Shown here: piece after piece, positions 1 to 10,152 of the stretch
How the letters are laid out: every line of letters starts with the position of its first letter
Position numbering within the stretch: position 1 is the stretch's first letter
Source of the DNA: Rhodobacterales bacterium RIFCSPHIGHO2_02_FULL_62_130
GTDB taxonomy: Bacteria > Pseudomonadota > Alphaproteobacteria > Rhodobacterales > Rhodobacteraceae
Length of the DNA: 64,000 bases
Direction of reading: 5' to 3'
Assembly (NCBI GenBank): GCA_001828855.1
Contig: MHZT01000043.1
Coordinates: 753-64,752 of the forward strand
The notes under the pieces: model-generated
Database searches by the model: none
What the model was told of the DNA's origin: nothing
What the model saw: only the letters and a program-made list of their open reading frames with translations
Made by a program: the position numbers and the translations under genes

Positions 1-474
1 GATGGCAAGGGATTGCCTCTCACCGCCGGACAAACCGCCGACCAGACGGTCGCCGTCGGTGATGCGGGTGATGCCAAGGCGCTGCACGGCGTCCACCGCA
101 ATTGCGTTGGCCTTCTTGCGGTCGTAGATCTTGAACGGTCCCCAGCCTTTGGTCGGTTCGACCCCTACGAAAAAGCTGCGCCCGATCGACATCAGCGGGA
201 AGGTTCCGCCGAACTGGTGAACCGTGGCGATACCGTGGTCTGCGGCCTCGCGGGGGCTGGCGAATTTCACCGGCCTGCCGTCTATCTCGATGCTGCCAGA
301 GCTGGGTTGATGCACGCCCGACAGCAGCCGGATCACGGTGGATTTGCCTGCACCGTTGTCGCCCAGCAGGCACAGCACCTCGCCCGCGCGCAGATCAAGG
401 CTGATGTCGTGCAGAACGTCGATGGGGCCGAAGGATTTGTTGACGCCTTTCAGGCTCAGGATCGGGGCGGTCAT
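1..474 (-). CDS. Sugar ABC transporter ATP-binding protein (first 158 codons; 3' end outside window)
   Basis: The reverse frame is open to the window edge. The ATG at 474-472 overlaps the permease stop (ATGA). My translation reads MTAPILSLKGVNKSFGPIDVLHDISL...GDNGAGKST (Walker A)...LSGGERQ (ABC signature). It is absent from the ORF track because it has no stop inside the window. Confidence 0.85.
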   Translation of the reverse strand, partial: MTAPILSLKGVNKSFGPIDVLHDISLDLRAGEVLCLLGDNGAGKSTVIRLLSGVHQPSSGSIEIDGRPVKFASPREAADHGIATVHQFGGTFPLMSIGRSFFVGVEPTKGWGPFKIYDRKKANAIAVDAVQRLGITRITDGDRLVGGLSGGERQSLAI

Positions 475-1481
475 GCCTTGGCACCTTTCTTCTTCGGCGC
501 ATAAGACAGCGCCATCTTGCGGAAAGTGTTGTTCATCAGGACCGCCAGCAGCAGCAACACTCCGATGATCAGACTGGCCCAGTTGGCGTCAAATGGGGTG
601 TAGTAGATGCCTTGGCTGACCACAGCGAAAGTCAGTGTGCCAAGGATAATCCCGACAACCGACCCGTAGCCGCCGGTCAGCAGCACACCGCCAACCACCA
701 CCGAGATGATCGAGTTGAAGATATAGGACTGCCCTGCCGACACTTGGGCCGAATTGTACAGGATGGCCTGGCTCACGCCGACAAAGGTGGCGCTGGCACC
801 ACTGCACATGAACAGCAGGATCGTCATGCGGTCGGTCGGGATACCGGCGTTGCGCGCCGAAACCTTATCGCCGCCCATCGCGAAGATCCAGTTGCCAAAG
901 CGGGTGAAGTGCAGCACGAACCCCCAGACCAGCGCCGCACCGATCCACCACAGGATGGTGACCTGAAACACCCCGCCAATGAAGCGCCCCAACAGCCATT
1001 TCGCCTCGGGTCCGGCCTTGAGCGGCACCGATGTCGTTCCTGTGACCAGCACCGACAGGCCCAGCGTCAGACCTGCCACCGCAAAAAGCGTGCCTAGGGT
1101 CACGATAAAGCTGGGCACAGCGGTGCGCACAACCAACAGGCCGTTAATCAGCCCGACAAACGCCCCCAAGGCCAAGGCGGTCCCGATGCCCACCACAATG
1201 GGCAACTGGAAATATCCGGACATGATGGCCACCGTCATGGACCCGGCAGGCACCAGCGAGCCGATGGAAATGTCCAACTCTCCGGCGATCATCAGCAAGC
1301 CGATGGGGATGGCGATGATGCCCAATGCCGCTGCGACGTTCAGCCAAGACGCGGCACCGCTGACCGAGGCAAAGCTGGTGCCGCCAAAGACGGTGAAAAA
1401 GCCAAAGACGGCAGCAAGGCCAAGGAAAGATCCGGTCTCGGGGCGACGCAACAGCGGGCCGATGGAAAATGGGGTGGTCAT
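471..1481 (-). CDS. Sugar (ribose/fructose-type) ABC transporter permease
   Basis: The product is a multi-span hydrophobic protein. I chose the internal ATG at 1481 (MTTPFSIGPLLRRPETGSFLGLAAVFGFF...) over the 1577 ORF start. It lies between the binding-protein and ATPase genes. Confidence 0.85.
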   Translation of the reverse strand: MTTPFSIGPLLRRPETGSFLGLAAVFGFFTVFGGTSFASVSGAASWLNVAAALGIIAIPIGLLMIAGELDISIGSLVPAGSMTVAIMSGYFQLPIVVGIGTALALGAFVGLINGLLVVRTAVPSFIVTLGTLFAVAGLTLGLSVLVTGTTSVPLKAGPEAKWLLGRFIGGVFQVTILWWIGAALVWGFVLHFTRFGNWIFAMGGDKVSARNAGIPTDRMTILLFMCSGASATFVGVSQAILYNSAQVSAGQSYIFNSIISVVVGGVLLTGGYGSVVGIILGTLTFAVVSQGIYYTPFDANWASLIIGVLLLLAVLMNNTFRKMALSYAPKKKGAKA

Positions 1482-1601
1482 ATTGGGAATCCCGTCGATG
1501 CCGATCCGAACTATGGCCTCTGCGGGTGCTGGCCTCTGGATCGATGCGTGGAAGTGTCCGGCCCCGCTAGGGAGCAACGGGGCCGGACGGCGGGTCAGGG
1601 C

Positions 1602-2582
1602 TTAGCGGAAGCCAGCCGCAGCACCGGCGATGGTGGCGTCGACGTTAGCAGCATCCACAATCCCCGGCCCGGTCAGCACCGGAGCGGTGGCGATTGCGGT
1701 GCCAAAGCTGGCGTAGGCATCCGACATCGACACGGCGAGGAAGCCTTGCAGCCACGGCTGCTGGTCCACTGCGAACAGCTGGGTGCTGGCCTTGATGCGA
1801 TCCAGACCGGCGCTGTCCATGTCAAACGAGGCCAAAGCGACTTTGCCGGTCAATGAGGCTTGCTCGATCCCGATGGCTGCCGAATTGGCATCCGCGGCCG
1901 AAATGGTCACCACGCCGTTGATGGTCGCGTCTTTCATCAGCGTCGCTTTGATAGCTTCGGCTACAGCCGTTGGATCGCCAAAGGACGACGCAGGCAGCGG
2001 CAGTTGGGTGGAAACGCCGCCCTCGGCGGTGATGCCATCCGACACGCCTTTGCAGCGGTCTTCCAGATTCTGCGCGCCCGGAACGGTGTTGACGCAGATC
2101 ACATTCTTGAAGCCGTGGCTGCCGAAATAGGCCCCAGCCGCAAGACCGGCCGGATATTCTTCGTTGCCGATGTAGTTGATCGCGCCCAGTTCCTTGGCTT
2201 TGTCGGCACCGCCAGAGTTATACAGCATGACCGGAATACCGGCGTCCATCGCGGCCTTGATCGCCTCGTCCTGCGTGTCCGGCACCCAGTTCGGCACGGC
2301 GATGACTGTCGCCCCTTGGGAAATCGCTGTCCGCACCAGATTGGCCGCGTCGCCGCCGATGTTGTCATAGTTCTGCAACATCAGATAGTTGACGGTACCA
2401 CCATGGGCCGCAACCACAAGAGTGGCATCATCAATGCCTTTCTTGACCTTCGCAAAGAACGGGTCATCCGCTTTGCCGCCCACGACGGCGATGCTGACGC
2501 CTTCGGCCAGTGCCGCAGAGGCCGTCAGGGCCAGAACCGATGCCATCAGCACGGATTTCAGGGAAAGTTTTGGGAATGTCAT
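1602..2582 (-). CDS. Sugar ABC transporter periplasmic substrate-binding protein
   Basis: It has a signal peptide (MTFPKLSLKSVLMASVLALTASAALA) followed by a periplasmic-binding-protein type I-like sequence (VVGGKADDPFFAKVKKGIDDA). It is the first gene of the binding-protein/permease/ATPase operon. Confidence 0.85.
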   Translation of the reverse strand: MTFPKLSLKSVLMASVLALTASAALAEGVSIAVVGGKADDPFFAKVKKGIDDATLVVAAHGGTVNYLMLQNYDNIGGDAANLVRTAISQGATVIAVPNWVPDTQDEAIKAAMDAGIPVMLYNSGGADKAKELGAINYIGNEEYPAGLAAGAYFGSHGFKNVICVNTVPGAQNLEDRCKGVSDGITAEGGVSTQLPLPASSFGDPTAVAEAIKATLMKDATINGVVTISAADANSAAIGIEQASLTGKVALASFDMDSAGLDRIKASTQLFAVDQQPWLQGFLAVSMSDAYASFGTAIATAPVLTGPGIVDAANVDATIAGAAAGFR

Positions 2583-2687
2583 TGTCGCGTCTCCTCCGAG
2601 TTGCCGCCAGTTCAGGCGGATTTTGGTTTTGGGGTCGTTGGGGTGCTGCGAAACTCCTCCTATCGCAGCGCCTTTCGGGTGCGGGCG

Positions 2688-3701
2688 CTATCGGCCCGAA
2701 TTCGCTTTGGCATTGGCCTTTTCGCGGGTGCGTTTGTAACGCGCCTCCATTTTGGCTTCGCCTTCGGCTGTGCCGTCGTGCCACGTGCCGAACCATTGAT
2801 CGAAGGGGACCATCCCATCGGAATAGTTCACTTCGAAATACTTGTGGTGCAAGTAGTGGGAATAGGCGTGGGTGCCGATGGCGGCCTCTCCGGCCTCAAT
2901 CTTGTCAAAGCCGATATGGCCCACGACCGCGCCGGTGCCGGTGACTTGCAGGTGATACAGCATCAGCAAGGGATGCGACGGCAGCACCAGATGGATCAAG
3001 ATGTCTGACCAATAGAGCAGATGTTCCACCGGATGCATCGACAGGCTGGACCACGGGCTGGGGTTGATCGAATTGTGGTGAACCGAGTGGACGTATTTGT
3101 ACAGAAACGGCGTGTGGATCAGCCGGTGGATGCAGAAGAAATGCGCCTCGTGGAACAACGGAATGATGGCGAACATCGCGATCAGCAGCCACGGGTGTTC
3201 TTCCAGCGTCGTCCACGGACCCCATCCATGCGCCCATGCGTAAAGCATCCCGACCTCGTATGCGGTCCAGATCGGCACGCCGGTGCCAAAGCTGCGGATC
3301 ATGTTGTCGATGTTCTGGCTGCCGAACATGAACACGTCGGATTTCTTATCCGCCGGGAACAGCCCGTTGAACTTGAACCGGTTGCCTTGCGACCGTTTGA
3401 CGTAAAGCCGCAGCTCCATCGCGCCATAGAAGGCGAAGACCAGTACCGCGTTGCGGACAAGGATAAAGGCGATCCACGTCCAGTCCAGCGTTTGCAGGGT
3501 AGCCTTCGAAGGGGTCATATAGAACCAGATCACCGCCGCGAAGGCCATGAACAGGGCGTTCCATGGCACGATATAATTGGGCAGCCAGCGTAACAGTTTC
3601 AGCGGCTGTGGCGGCCAGACGATGATCGGTGCTACTGCGAGCGGTGTGTTCGGCGCGTAATCGCCGCGCTTGTTACGCTTGCCAAATTTCAGATCGTCCA
3701 T
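2688..3701 (-). CDS. Fatty acid hydroxylase / sterol desaturase family membrane di-iron enzyme
   Basis: Histidine boxes are present: HRLIH, HSVHH and HYLHHKY. Hydrophobic segments are also present. The start was set at ATG 3701 (MDDLKFGKRNK...); the longer ORF extension to 3857 looks non-coding. Confidence 0.7.
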   Translation of the reverse strand: MDDLKFGKRNKRGDYAPNTPLAVAPIIVWPPQPLKLLRWLPNYIVPWNALFMAFAAVIWFYMTPSKATLQTLDWTWIAFILVRNAVLVFAFYGAMELRLYVKRSQGNRFKFNGLFPADKKSDVFMFGSQNIDNMIRSFGTGVPIWTAYEVGMLYAWAHGWGPWTTLEEHPWLLIAMFAIIPLFHEAHFFCIHRLIHTPFLYKYVHSVHHNSINPSPWSSLSMHPVEHLLYWSDILIHLVLPSHPLLMLYHLQVTGTGAVVGHIGFDKIEAGEAAIGTHAYSHYLHHKYFEVNYSDGMVPFDQWFGTWHDGTAEGEAKMEARYKRTREKANAKANSGR

Positions 3702-3876
3702 CCCATCCCCCCACCGGTTTACGCGGTGCCTTGGTGCATCCTGCCCGCTGGCTTTGCGCCGTGGCGGGTTGCGCTGTTTTAGAACCGCTTGACAAATTGT
3801 CGCATCGGATTGTTGATTGAAAACCATCAGCTGATGATCCGCGCGCAAATAGATCACCCTCTAAATCCATGGAACC

Positions 3877-4923
3877 ATGATAAAAAATACCAAAAGCCCA
3901 CGCATAACTTTGCATGATGTTGCCCGGTTGGCCGGTGTTGGCAGCGCCACCGTGGATCGTGTGATCAACGAACGTGGCAATGTTTCCGATGATGTGCGCC
4001 AACAGGTTCTGAAGGCGGCGCGTGATTTGGGGCTGAAACGGCTGTTGCCAGACAGCCATCACCGTATGGTCCGAATCAATGTGATTCTTGCTCGTCCCGA
4101 ACTGCCGCTGATCCACCGCATGGGGATCGAGTTTCGCCGTCTGTCTCACCGTTTGGATCATTCGGTGTCGATCCATCGCACCACTCTGGAGGACGAAAAT
4201 CCCACCACGATCGCCGAAGCCCTGCTGCGTAGCCCCTGCGATGCGGCGGTCGTTTATGCTCAGGACCACCCGTTGATCCGCGACGCCATTGCCGAACTTG
4301 CAGCGCGCGAAAGGCCAGTGGTCACGATGATCTCGGATCTGCCCGGCTCGGCGAGGCTGGCCTATGCGGGAACGGATCACATCAAGGCAGGGCGCTCGGC
4401 GGGCTACTTTTTGTCTCGGATGGCGCGCCCCGGCCCGGTGATTGTGCTGTGCAACCATCTGGGGTTTCAATCCCATGCGGACCGGGTTCGCGGGCTGACC
4501 GACAATCTGGCCAGCTTTGGACAGGGCTTTGACGTGGTGCGGATCGTCGAGGGCGGCGATGACGCCGTGAGGTCTGAAGTGCGCCTGAAGGACGCCTTTC
4601 GCGCCCATCCTGATGCTGTAGCGGTCTACAACGTTGGCGCTGCCAATCGCGGCGTCGTCGCCGCGATCCGGGCGGGGCTGCTGTCGCAACCGCCGGTGTT
4701 CATCGGGCATGAACTGACGGCGTTTACATGGGAGTCTTTGCGTGCCGGTCTGATGACTCTGACCATCGATCAAAGCCCTGAATTACAGGCACAATTCGCC
4801 ATTGACGTGGTGTTGAACCACTTCAATTTTGCGGGTGCCACGCATGTTGCGCCACCCTATGCATCGACGGTTCCCATCGTGCTTTACGGGCCGGAAAACC
4901 TACCCGACAAGGTACCGGACTAA
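3877..4923 (+). CDS. LacI family transcriptional regulator
   Basis: The N-terminal HTH reads ITLHDVARLAGVGSATVDRVINERGNVS and is followed by a periplasmic-binding-like effector domain. Confidence 0.9.
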   Translation: MIKNTKSPRITLHDVARLAGVGSATVDRVINERGNVSDDVRQQVLKAARDLGLKRLLPDSHHRMVRINVILARPELPLIHRMGIEFRRLSHRLDHSVSIHRTTLEDENPTTIAEALLRSPCDAAVVYAQDHPLIRDAIAELAARERPVVTMISDLPGSARLAYAGTDHIKAGRSAGYFLSRMARPGPVIVLCNHLGFQSHADRVRGLTDNLASFGQGFDVVRIVEGGDDAVRSEVRLKDAFRAHPDAVAVYNVGAANRGVVAAIRAGLLSQPPVFIGHELTAFTWESLRAGLMTLTIDQSPELQAQFAIDVVLNHFNFAGATHVAPPYASTVPIVLYGPENLPDKVPD

Positions 4924-5642
4924 GCTTTTGCTGCGGGCACTGCTCCGGCCTGTTCGGCAAGCCAGACTGCCATGCTTTGGCGCAGGGCCGGCGCGTCCTG
5001 TGGGATATATCCGCGAGGGTCAGCACCGAATATACCATGCAGGCTGTGGCTGGTCGCGTGGCGCTGCGGGCCAAAAGGGTCTTCGCCCGCCTCGCCCGGA
5101 TTGGCAGGCGGCAACAGTGACATATCCAGCGTTTGCGGCTGATACGCTGCCAAAAGCGTTGTCTCGAAGCGTCCAGCATGGTCCGGCGGCAAAGGTGAGG
5201 TGGCGTTACCATTGACACCAAAAGCCAAGACCCCGAGCGCGCTGCTTTGCGCGTTCCAATCGCTGGCCAGCCCGGCAATCATCTCAAGCTGTTCATCGGC
5301 GAAATGACCCGTGAACAGAATGACCTGCCTGACCTCAAACGCCTGCAACCGCGTCAGTGTCTGCCATAACAGCGCGATCAATGCAGATGTGTCTGGCATC
5401 ATCACCGTCCACGGATAGGCACCATGTCCGCCACCCGTGCCCCACCACAGCGGCGGATAGACCAGCCCACCCGCGATTTCGGCGGCATCCAGACACAACC
5501 CATGCGCCTGCAAGCCGTCCAAGCCGACCGGTAAGTGGTGGCTGTGATATTCAATCGTACCCAAAGGCAGCCAGACCCTAGGGCAACGGGCCATCTCGGC
5601 GGCAATCTGGCCGGGGCGCAGCAGTTCCAGTTGCTTTGTCAT
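4920..5642 (-). CDS. Creatininase-family amidohydrolase
   Basis: It shows creatininase-like motifs (LPLGTIEYHSHHLPVGLDG, FTGHF). ATG 5642 is preferred because AGGA lies 5 nt upstream. Its 3' end overlaps the LacI stop convergently by 4 nt. Confidence 0.7.
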   Translation of the reverse strand: MTKQLELLRPGQIAAEMARCPRVWLPLGTIEYHSHHLPVGLDGLQAHGLCLDAAEIAGGLVYPPLWWGTGGGHGAYPWTVMMPDTSALIALLWQTLTRLQAFEVRQVILFTGHFADEQLEMIAGLASDWNAQSSALGVLAFGVNGNATSPLPPDHAGRFETTLLAAYQPQTLDMSLLPPANPGEAGEDPFGPQRHATSHSLHGIFGADPRGYIPQDAPALRQSMAVWLAEQAGAVPAAKA

Positions 5643-5649
5643 TGGCATC

Positions 5650-6621
5650 CTACTGGTAAAAGTTGCGGGGCCATACATGGGCCGCCAGCGCCACCTTCAA
5701 CTCTGCCGGAAACGGCGCGCCATCGCTGTAGATCACATTCATATCCACCTGTTCGGGGTTCAGCATGCCCGGAATGACGCAAGACAGCTCGGGGCAGGAC
5801 AGCACATAACGCATCGCCGCCTCGGCCAATGTCGGATAGTATGGCGCGCAAAGCGCTTTCAGCGACCGCACCCTTGCCAGCGTTTCCGCAAAGCGATCTC
5901 CGCGGAAAAGCTGCGCGGGAACAGAACCTGGCGCAAAGCTGGCATAGGTAGGCTCGTCCCAATGCCCCACCAGCGACCCTGAATCCAAAGGCACCCGCGC
6001 GATGAAGCCCTGCGTGCCCGCGCCCGCCCGAAACAAGTCCCCGGCTGGCCGCTGTTCAAACAGGTTCAGCACCACCTGCTGGCTGGCCACCAACCCCAGT
6101 CGCGCCAGATCAACGCCATCGGCAGGGCGATAATCGCGGATCGAGACGCCGATCTGATCAATCTTGCCCTCGACCCGCAGCGCGTTCAGCGTCTCCAGCC
6201 AGTCTAGTTCATAAAGCCCCGAAGCCATCCAGGAATGGAGTTGGAACAGGTCAATCCGATCAACCTGCAACCGCCGCAGCGCGCTGTCGACCATCTTGCG
6301 CAAATACCACGCCGGATAGCGCCCACGCATCTGCGGAGCCTCGTCATCGGGAGCAGGCCATTCGACCGGCTGCGCTTTGGTGGCCACGTAAATCTTGTGC
6401 CCCGACCATTGACGCAGCGCCCGCCCGATCACCTCTTCAGAATGACCGTTGCCATAGATATGGGCCGTGTCCACCAGATTGACCCCACGATCAAACGCAT
6501 GGTGCAAGGTGCGGATCGACGCATCATCATCCACCGCCCCCCAATCCCCGCCCAATTGCCACGCGCCAAAGGCGATCTCGCTGACCTGCCAGCCAGTTCG
6601 GCCAAATCGTCGGTATTGCAT
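5650..6621 (-). CDS. Aldo/keto reductase
   Basis: The sequence MQYRRFGRTGWQVSEIAFGAWQLGGDWG...DTAHIYGNGHSEE is typical of AKR proteins. The true ATG is at 6621 with GGAGG 5 nt upstream; the codon at 6624 is TTG. Confidence 0.9.
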   Translation of the reverse strand: MQYRRFGRTGWQVSEIAFGAWQLGGDWGAVDDDASIRTLHHAFDRGVNLVDTAHIYGNGHSEEVIGRALRQWSGHKIYVATKAQPVEWPAPDDEAPQMRGRYPAWYLRKMVDSALRRLQVDRIDLFQLHSWMASGLYELDWLETLNALRVEGKIDQIGVSIRDYRPADGVDLARLGLVASQQVVLNLFEQRPAGDLFRAGAGTQGFIARVPLDSGSLVGHWDEPTYASFAPGSVPAQLFRGDRFAETLARVRSLKALCAPYYPTLAEAAMRYVLSCPELSCVIPGMLNPEQVDMNVIYSDGAPFPAELKVALAAHVWPRNFYQ

Positions 6622-7068
6622 CAAACCCTCCTGCTCGCGGGGGCACTGTAAAGCGGCGCGTCAGGGGGGAAAGTGTGATCCTGATGGTTTTCAATCTTGA
6701 AATGAGTTCGATGGCACCACATTCCAAGGCTGCCCCTGCTTTGATGCAAGCAAAGCTGGAAGTTGTTCACTGAAAAGGCATCAACGAATGACTGTTTTGG
6801 CAGTTTTCTTAATAGTGAAAGTGGTAGATCCATTGGCCGCTTTCCGCCCTTCGTGCATGTGAGGACGTGATCGGGGCAAAGCGGACGTTCATAGGCCCGG
6901 TGACGGCTCCGTTGAGCAAATGTACTCGGGCGCTAGAACGGCCCTTTGCGGACTGTCGACAATCCACGCGCTGACGTCTGCTTTCCTGTGCTTTGTTTGG
7001 AAGCCGCGCTCATAAGGGTGGCAATCGGAGCGCAAAACCGCCCGAGCCACGGGCGGTGGAGGGGAGCG

Positions 7069-8016
7069 TCAATTGGTAGGACTCCGTCGCCATTCCGAGG
7101 GGGCCACGCCAAACTTGGCCTTGAACAGCCTTGAAAACTGCGCCTGATCGCAGAAGCCGAGGCGGTATGAAATCTCGGCCATCGACAGCGCGGGCGAGGA
7201 CAGGATCAGTTCCTTTGCCGCTATCAACCGTTCATCCCGAATGAACTGGGAAACGGTCTGGTTCGTGTCGCCGAAAAGTTCGTGCAGATAGCGCTTCGAG
7301 ATGCCACAGGCTTCGGCTACGAATTCGGGCGACAGGGTGGGGTTGGACAAGTGCTTGCGGATCACCTGTTCCGCCCGCCGCAGATGTCCGGCCCGCACTG
7401 AGGTGCGCACTTGATGGTCGTCTGTCGCAGATTCGTCGAGCACGAGGGCAAGGACATCGACGATCTGCCGACCGAGGATGTCAGCAGCACGCCCCGCCGA
7501 CAGGGGCAGCGAATGCAGCTGATGCATCATCGAAGTGAAGAGCGACGGAAGACCGCTGCCCGAGTCGATCGTCCTTGCACAGAACCTATCGGGATCGCGG
7601 ACCTTCTCGGCCAGTGACTTCTTGCTGATCTTCAGGACACTCAGCTCGTTCGCCGTGTCATAGGAAAAGCGGTAGGGTTCGTCACCGCGTTCAAGGATGA
7701 AACCGCCGGGGTCGCAGCGGATCTCGCGTCCCATCTGCTTGAACTCGACCGGGCTCAGGCGGGGGACGGTGATCAGGTATTCCTCTTCGCGCGTGTGCGA
7801 AATGTGCGTCGGCCTGCGTTCGTATTGCAGCGGTTCCGTCGCCAGCCGCGACAGCGACACATTTCCCATCTGCCGCTTTTCTAGCGTGCCCGAAAAGGCG
7901 GCCGCGTCGCGAAAGGTCAATTGCAGGGGAAAGTAGGTTTCGCCGATCACGCGTGTCCAATGTGCCGAACGCTGGTTCGGCAGGATCTGCGTGGTGTTGT
8001 GCGCGACGATTTCCAT
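7069..8016 (-). CDS. AraC family transcriptional regulator
   Basis: It has a C-terminal double HTH (LSPEFVAEACGISKRYLHELF ... MAEISYRLGFCDQAQFSRLFKAKFG). ATG 8016 is preceded by GGAGAGG; the track start at 8031 is TTG. Confidence 0.85.
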   Translation of the reverse strand: MEIVAHNTTQILPNQRSAHWTRVIGETYFPLQLTFRDAAAFSGTLEKRQMGNVSLSRLATEPLQYERRPTHISHTREEEYLITVPRLSPVEFKQMGREIRCDPGGFILERGDEPYRFSYDTANELSVLKISKKSLAEKVRDPDRFCARTIDSGSGLPSLFTSMMHQLHSLPLSAGRAADILGRQIVDVLALVLDESATDDHQVRTSVRAGHLRRAEQVIRKHLSNPTLSPEFVAEACGISKRYLHELFGDTNQTVSQFIRDERLIAAKELILSSPALSMAEISYRLGFCDQAQFSRLFKAKFGVAPSEWRRSPTN

Positions 8017-8111
8017 GCGCCCTCTCCCCAAAGCGCTGCTTTAGAAGCGGTAGGGCCGAAACCGCATCGTATCAAGTCTTATCAATCCGACCGGCCCCCG
8101 CGGTGCGCCCT

Positions 8112-8141
8112 GCGTCAAGGCTTTGCGCGCCCAGCGTCAAG
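8112..8141. promoter_or_regulatory. Direct repeat GCGTCAAG x2 (22-bp period) between the AraC gene and hyuB; candidate AraC-type operator
   Basis: GCGTCAAG occurs at 8112-8119 and again at 8134-8141, in the divergent intergenic region. Confidence 0.25.
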
Positions 8142-8319
8142 CGCGGCCTGCGGATTGCACGGAGATGCAAAGGATCATGCCCCGCGCTGCAAGAATGCGG
8201 CGCGGATTTCCGCCAGTCTTCCGGAATGACGAGAGGCTGGAAAACAGTCCGGGTTCAGGGGGTCATCTGCAACGCTTCCTGCGATCCGGCGCCGTTTTCC
8301 CATCCGGGGAGGAACAAGG

Positions 8320-10068
8320 ATGACCAAACGCAATGTGGACCCGATCACGCTTTCGGTCGTGCGGGGCGTGCTGGAAACCACACAGCGCGAGATGACCCTG
8401 ACGCTGGAACAGACGGCACGGTCTTCGGTGTTCAATCTGGCGCATGACTATTCGACCGCGCTGTTCAACCACACGCCAGAGATGATCCTGCAGGGGCAGG
8501 ATATCCCGATACATCTGGGCAGCCTGATCCCAGCGATGAAGTCGGTCGCCAATTTCTTCGAAGGCGACATCCACGAAGGCGACCTGATCCTTCACAATGA
8601 CCCCGCCTATGGCGGCAGCCACATCATCGACACCTGCATGTACATGCCCGTGTTCCATGAGGGCGAGCTGGTCTTCTGGACGGTCTGCAAGGGCCACCTG
8701 ACCGATATCGGCGGTCCGGTTCCGGCGGGCTACAACCCCAATGCGACCGAGATTTTCGCCGAAGGCCTGCGCATCCCGCCGGTCAAATTGTGGGATCGTG
8801 GCCGGCCGCGCAAGGACGTGATGAACCTGCTTCTGACCAACATGCGCGCCCGCCGCGATCAGGAAGGCGACTTTAACGCGCTCATCGGGGCCTGCCAGGT
8901 GGGCGCGCGCAATCTGGTCAATCTAATGAAGAAATACGGCAAGGATGTCGTGCAGGACTGCATCGCCGAACTGCTCGACATGGCCGAAGCGCATATGCGC
9001 AAGCTGATCTCGGACGTGCCGGACGGCACCTATACCGGCACCGCCATCCTTGAAGATGCAGGCCACGGCTACGGTGATTTCGAGATCACGGCGACCGTGA
9101 CGGTCAAGGGCGACGGCTGCCACATCGCCATCTCAAGCCCGCCGCAGATCCCCTATTTCATCAACAGCTACGAAGGGAACAGCCATTCTGGCGTCTATCT
9201 GGGGCTGATGATGTTCGCCCAGTTGCCGCCACCCTACAACGAAGGGCTGTACCGCTGCGTGACGACCGACATGGGGCCGAAGGGCACGCTCTGCAACGCG
9301 AAGTCCCCCGCGCCGCATATGAACTGCACCACGACCCCGATGGAGACGCTGACCGATGCTGTGCGTCTGGCCTTTGAACAGGCGGCACCGGCCAAGGTTT
9401 CGGCCAGCTGGGGCCATGCCAACGGCTGCAACATCGCCGGTTGGGACAAGCGCCATGACGAGGAATATGTGACCATGGTTCTGGCCTCGGTCATCTCGGG
9501 CGCCGGCGCCACGGCCAGCCAGGACGGCTGGCATGCCTGCGGGCCGGAATGCTGCTTTGGCGCGCTGACCTCGGGCGATATCGAGATGCTGGAGCACAGC
9601 TATCCGATCATCATTCACCGCTATGGTCTGATGGAGGACAGCGGCGGCGCGGGCAAGAATCGCGGCGGTTCCGGCACCTGCTGGGAGGTGGAGCCGCTGG
9701 ATACGCCGATGACGCTCATCACCTTTGGCGAAGGGCGGCGCATTCCGGCGATGGGCGCGGCCGGGGCGAAATCGGCCATGGTGCAGCCCAAGGTCGGCCG
9801 TCTGGAAGTGACGCGCAACGGCCAGACCCAGATCATCACCGAAAACGTCATCGAAACCATCCAGCCCGGCGAGCGGGCCGCCAACAAGAACCCCGGCGGC
9901 GGCGGCTATGGCAACCCGTTTGAGCGTGACGTGCAGAAGGTGGTCGAAGATGTGCGCAACGGTCTGGTCAGCCTTGACGGCGCGCGGCTGGATTACGGTG
10001 TGGTCATCACCGACCGCGACAGCCTGACCGTCGATCACGCGGCCACCGCGAAACTGCGCGCCGCCTGA
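8320..10068 (+). CDS. hyuB: Hydantoinase B / oxoprolinase family protein
   Basis: The N-terminus MTKRNVDPITLSVVRGVLETTQREMTLTLEQTARSSVFNLAHDYSTALF is typical of HyuB. The length is 582 aa. GGGGAGGAA lies upstream of the ATG. Confidence 0.9.
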   Translation: MTKRNVDPITLSVVRGVLETTQREMTLTLEQTARSSVFNLAHDYSTALFNHTPEMILQGQDIPIHLGSLIPAMKSVANFFEGDIHEGDLILHNDPAYGGSHIIDTCMYMPVFHEGELVFWTVCKGHLTDIGGPVPAGYNPNATEIFAEGLRIPPVKLWDRGRPRKDVMNLLLTNMRARRDQEGDFNALIGACQVGARNLVNLMKKYGKDVVQDCIAELLDMAEAHMRKLISDVPDGTYTGTAILEDAGHGYGDFEITATVTVKGDGCHIAISSPPQIPYFINSYEGNSHSGVYLGLMMFAQLPPPYNEGLYRCVTTDMGPKGTLCNAKSPAPHMNCTTTPMETLTDAVRLAFEQAAPAKVSASWGHANGCNIAGWDKRHDEEYVTMVLASVISGAGATASQDGWHACGPECCFGALTSGDIEMLEHSYPIIIHRYGLMEDSGGAGKNRGGSGTCWEVEPLDTPMTLITFGEGRRIPAMGAAGAKSAMVQPKVGRLEVTRNGQTQIITENVIETIQPGERAANKNPGGGGYGNPFERDVQKVVEDVRNGLVSLDGARLDYGVVITDRDSLTVDHAATAKLRAA

Positions 10069-10152
10069 TCCCCTTCCCACTCCGTTTTCCCCGAGGTCCG
10101 GGGGGCGCCCTGCCCCCCCGCCCGACCCCGGCTTCCCGAAAGGACGCATCCC

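Noticed and set aside
13-504. A 163-aa plus-strand ORF lies at the left edge.
   Set aside because: The opposite strand encodes an ABC ATPase with Walker A and signature motifs whose start overlaps the permease stop. The plus-strand ORF is its shadow.
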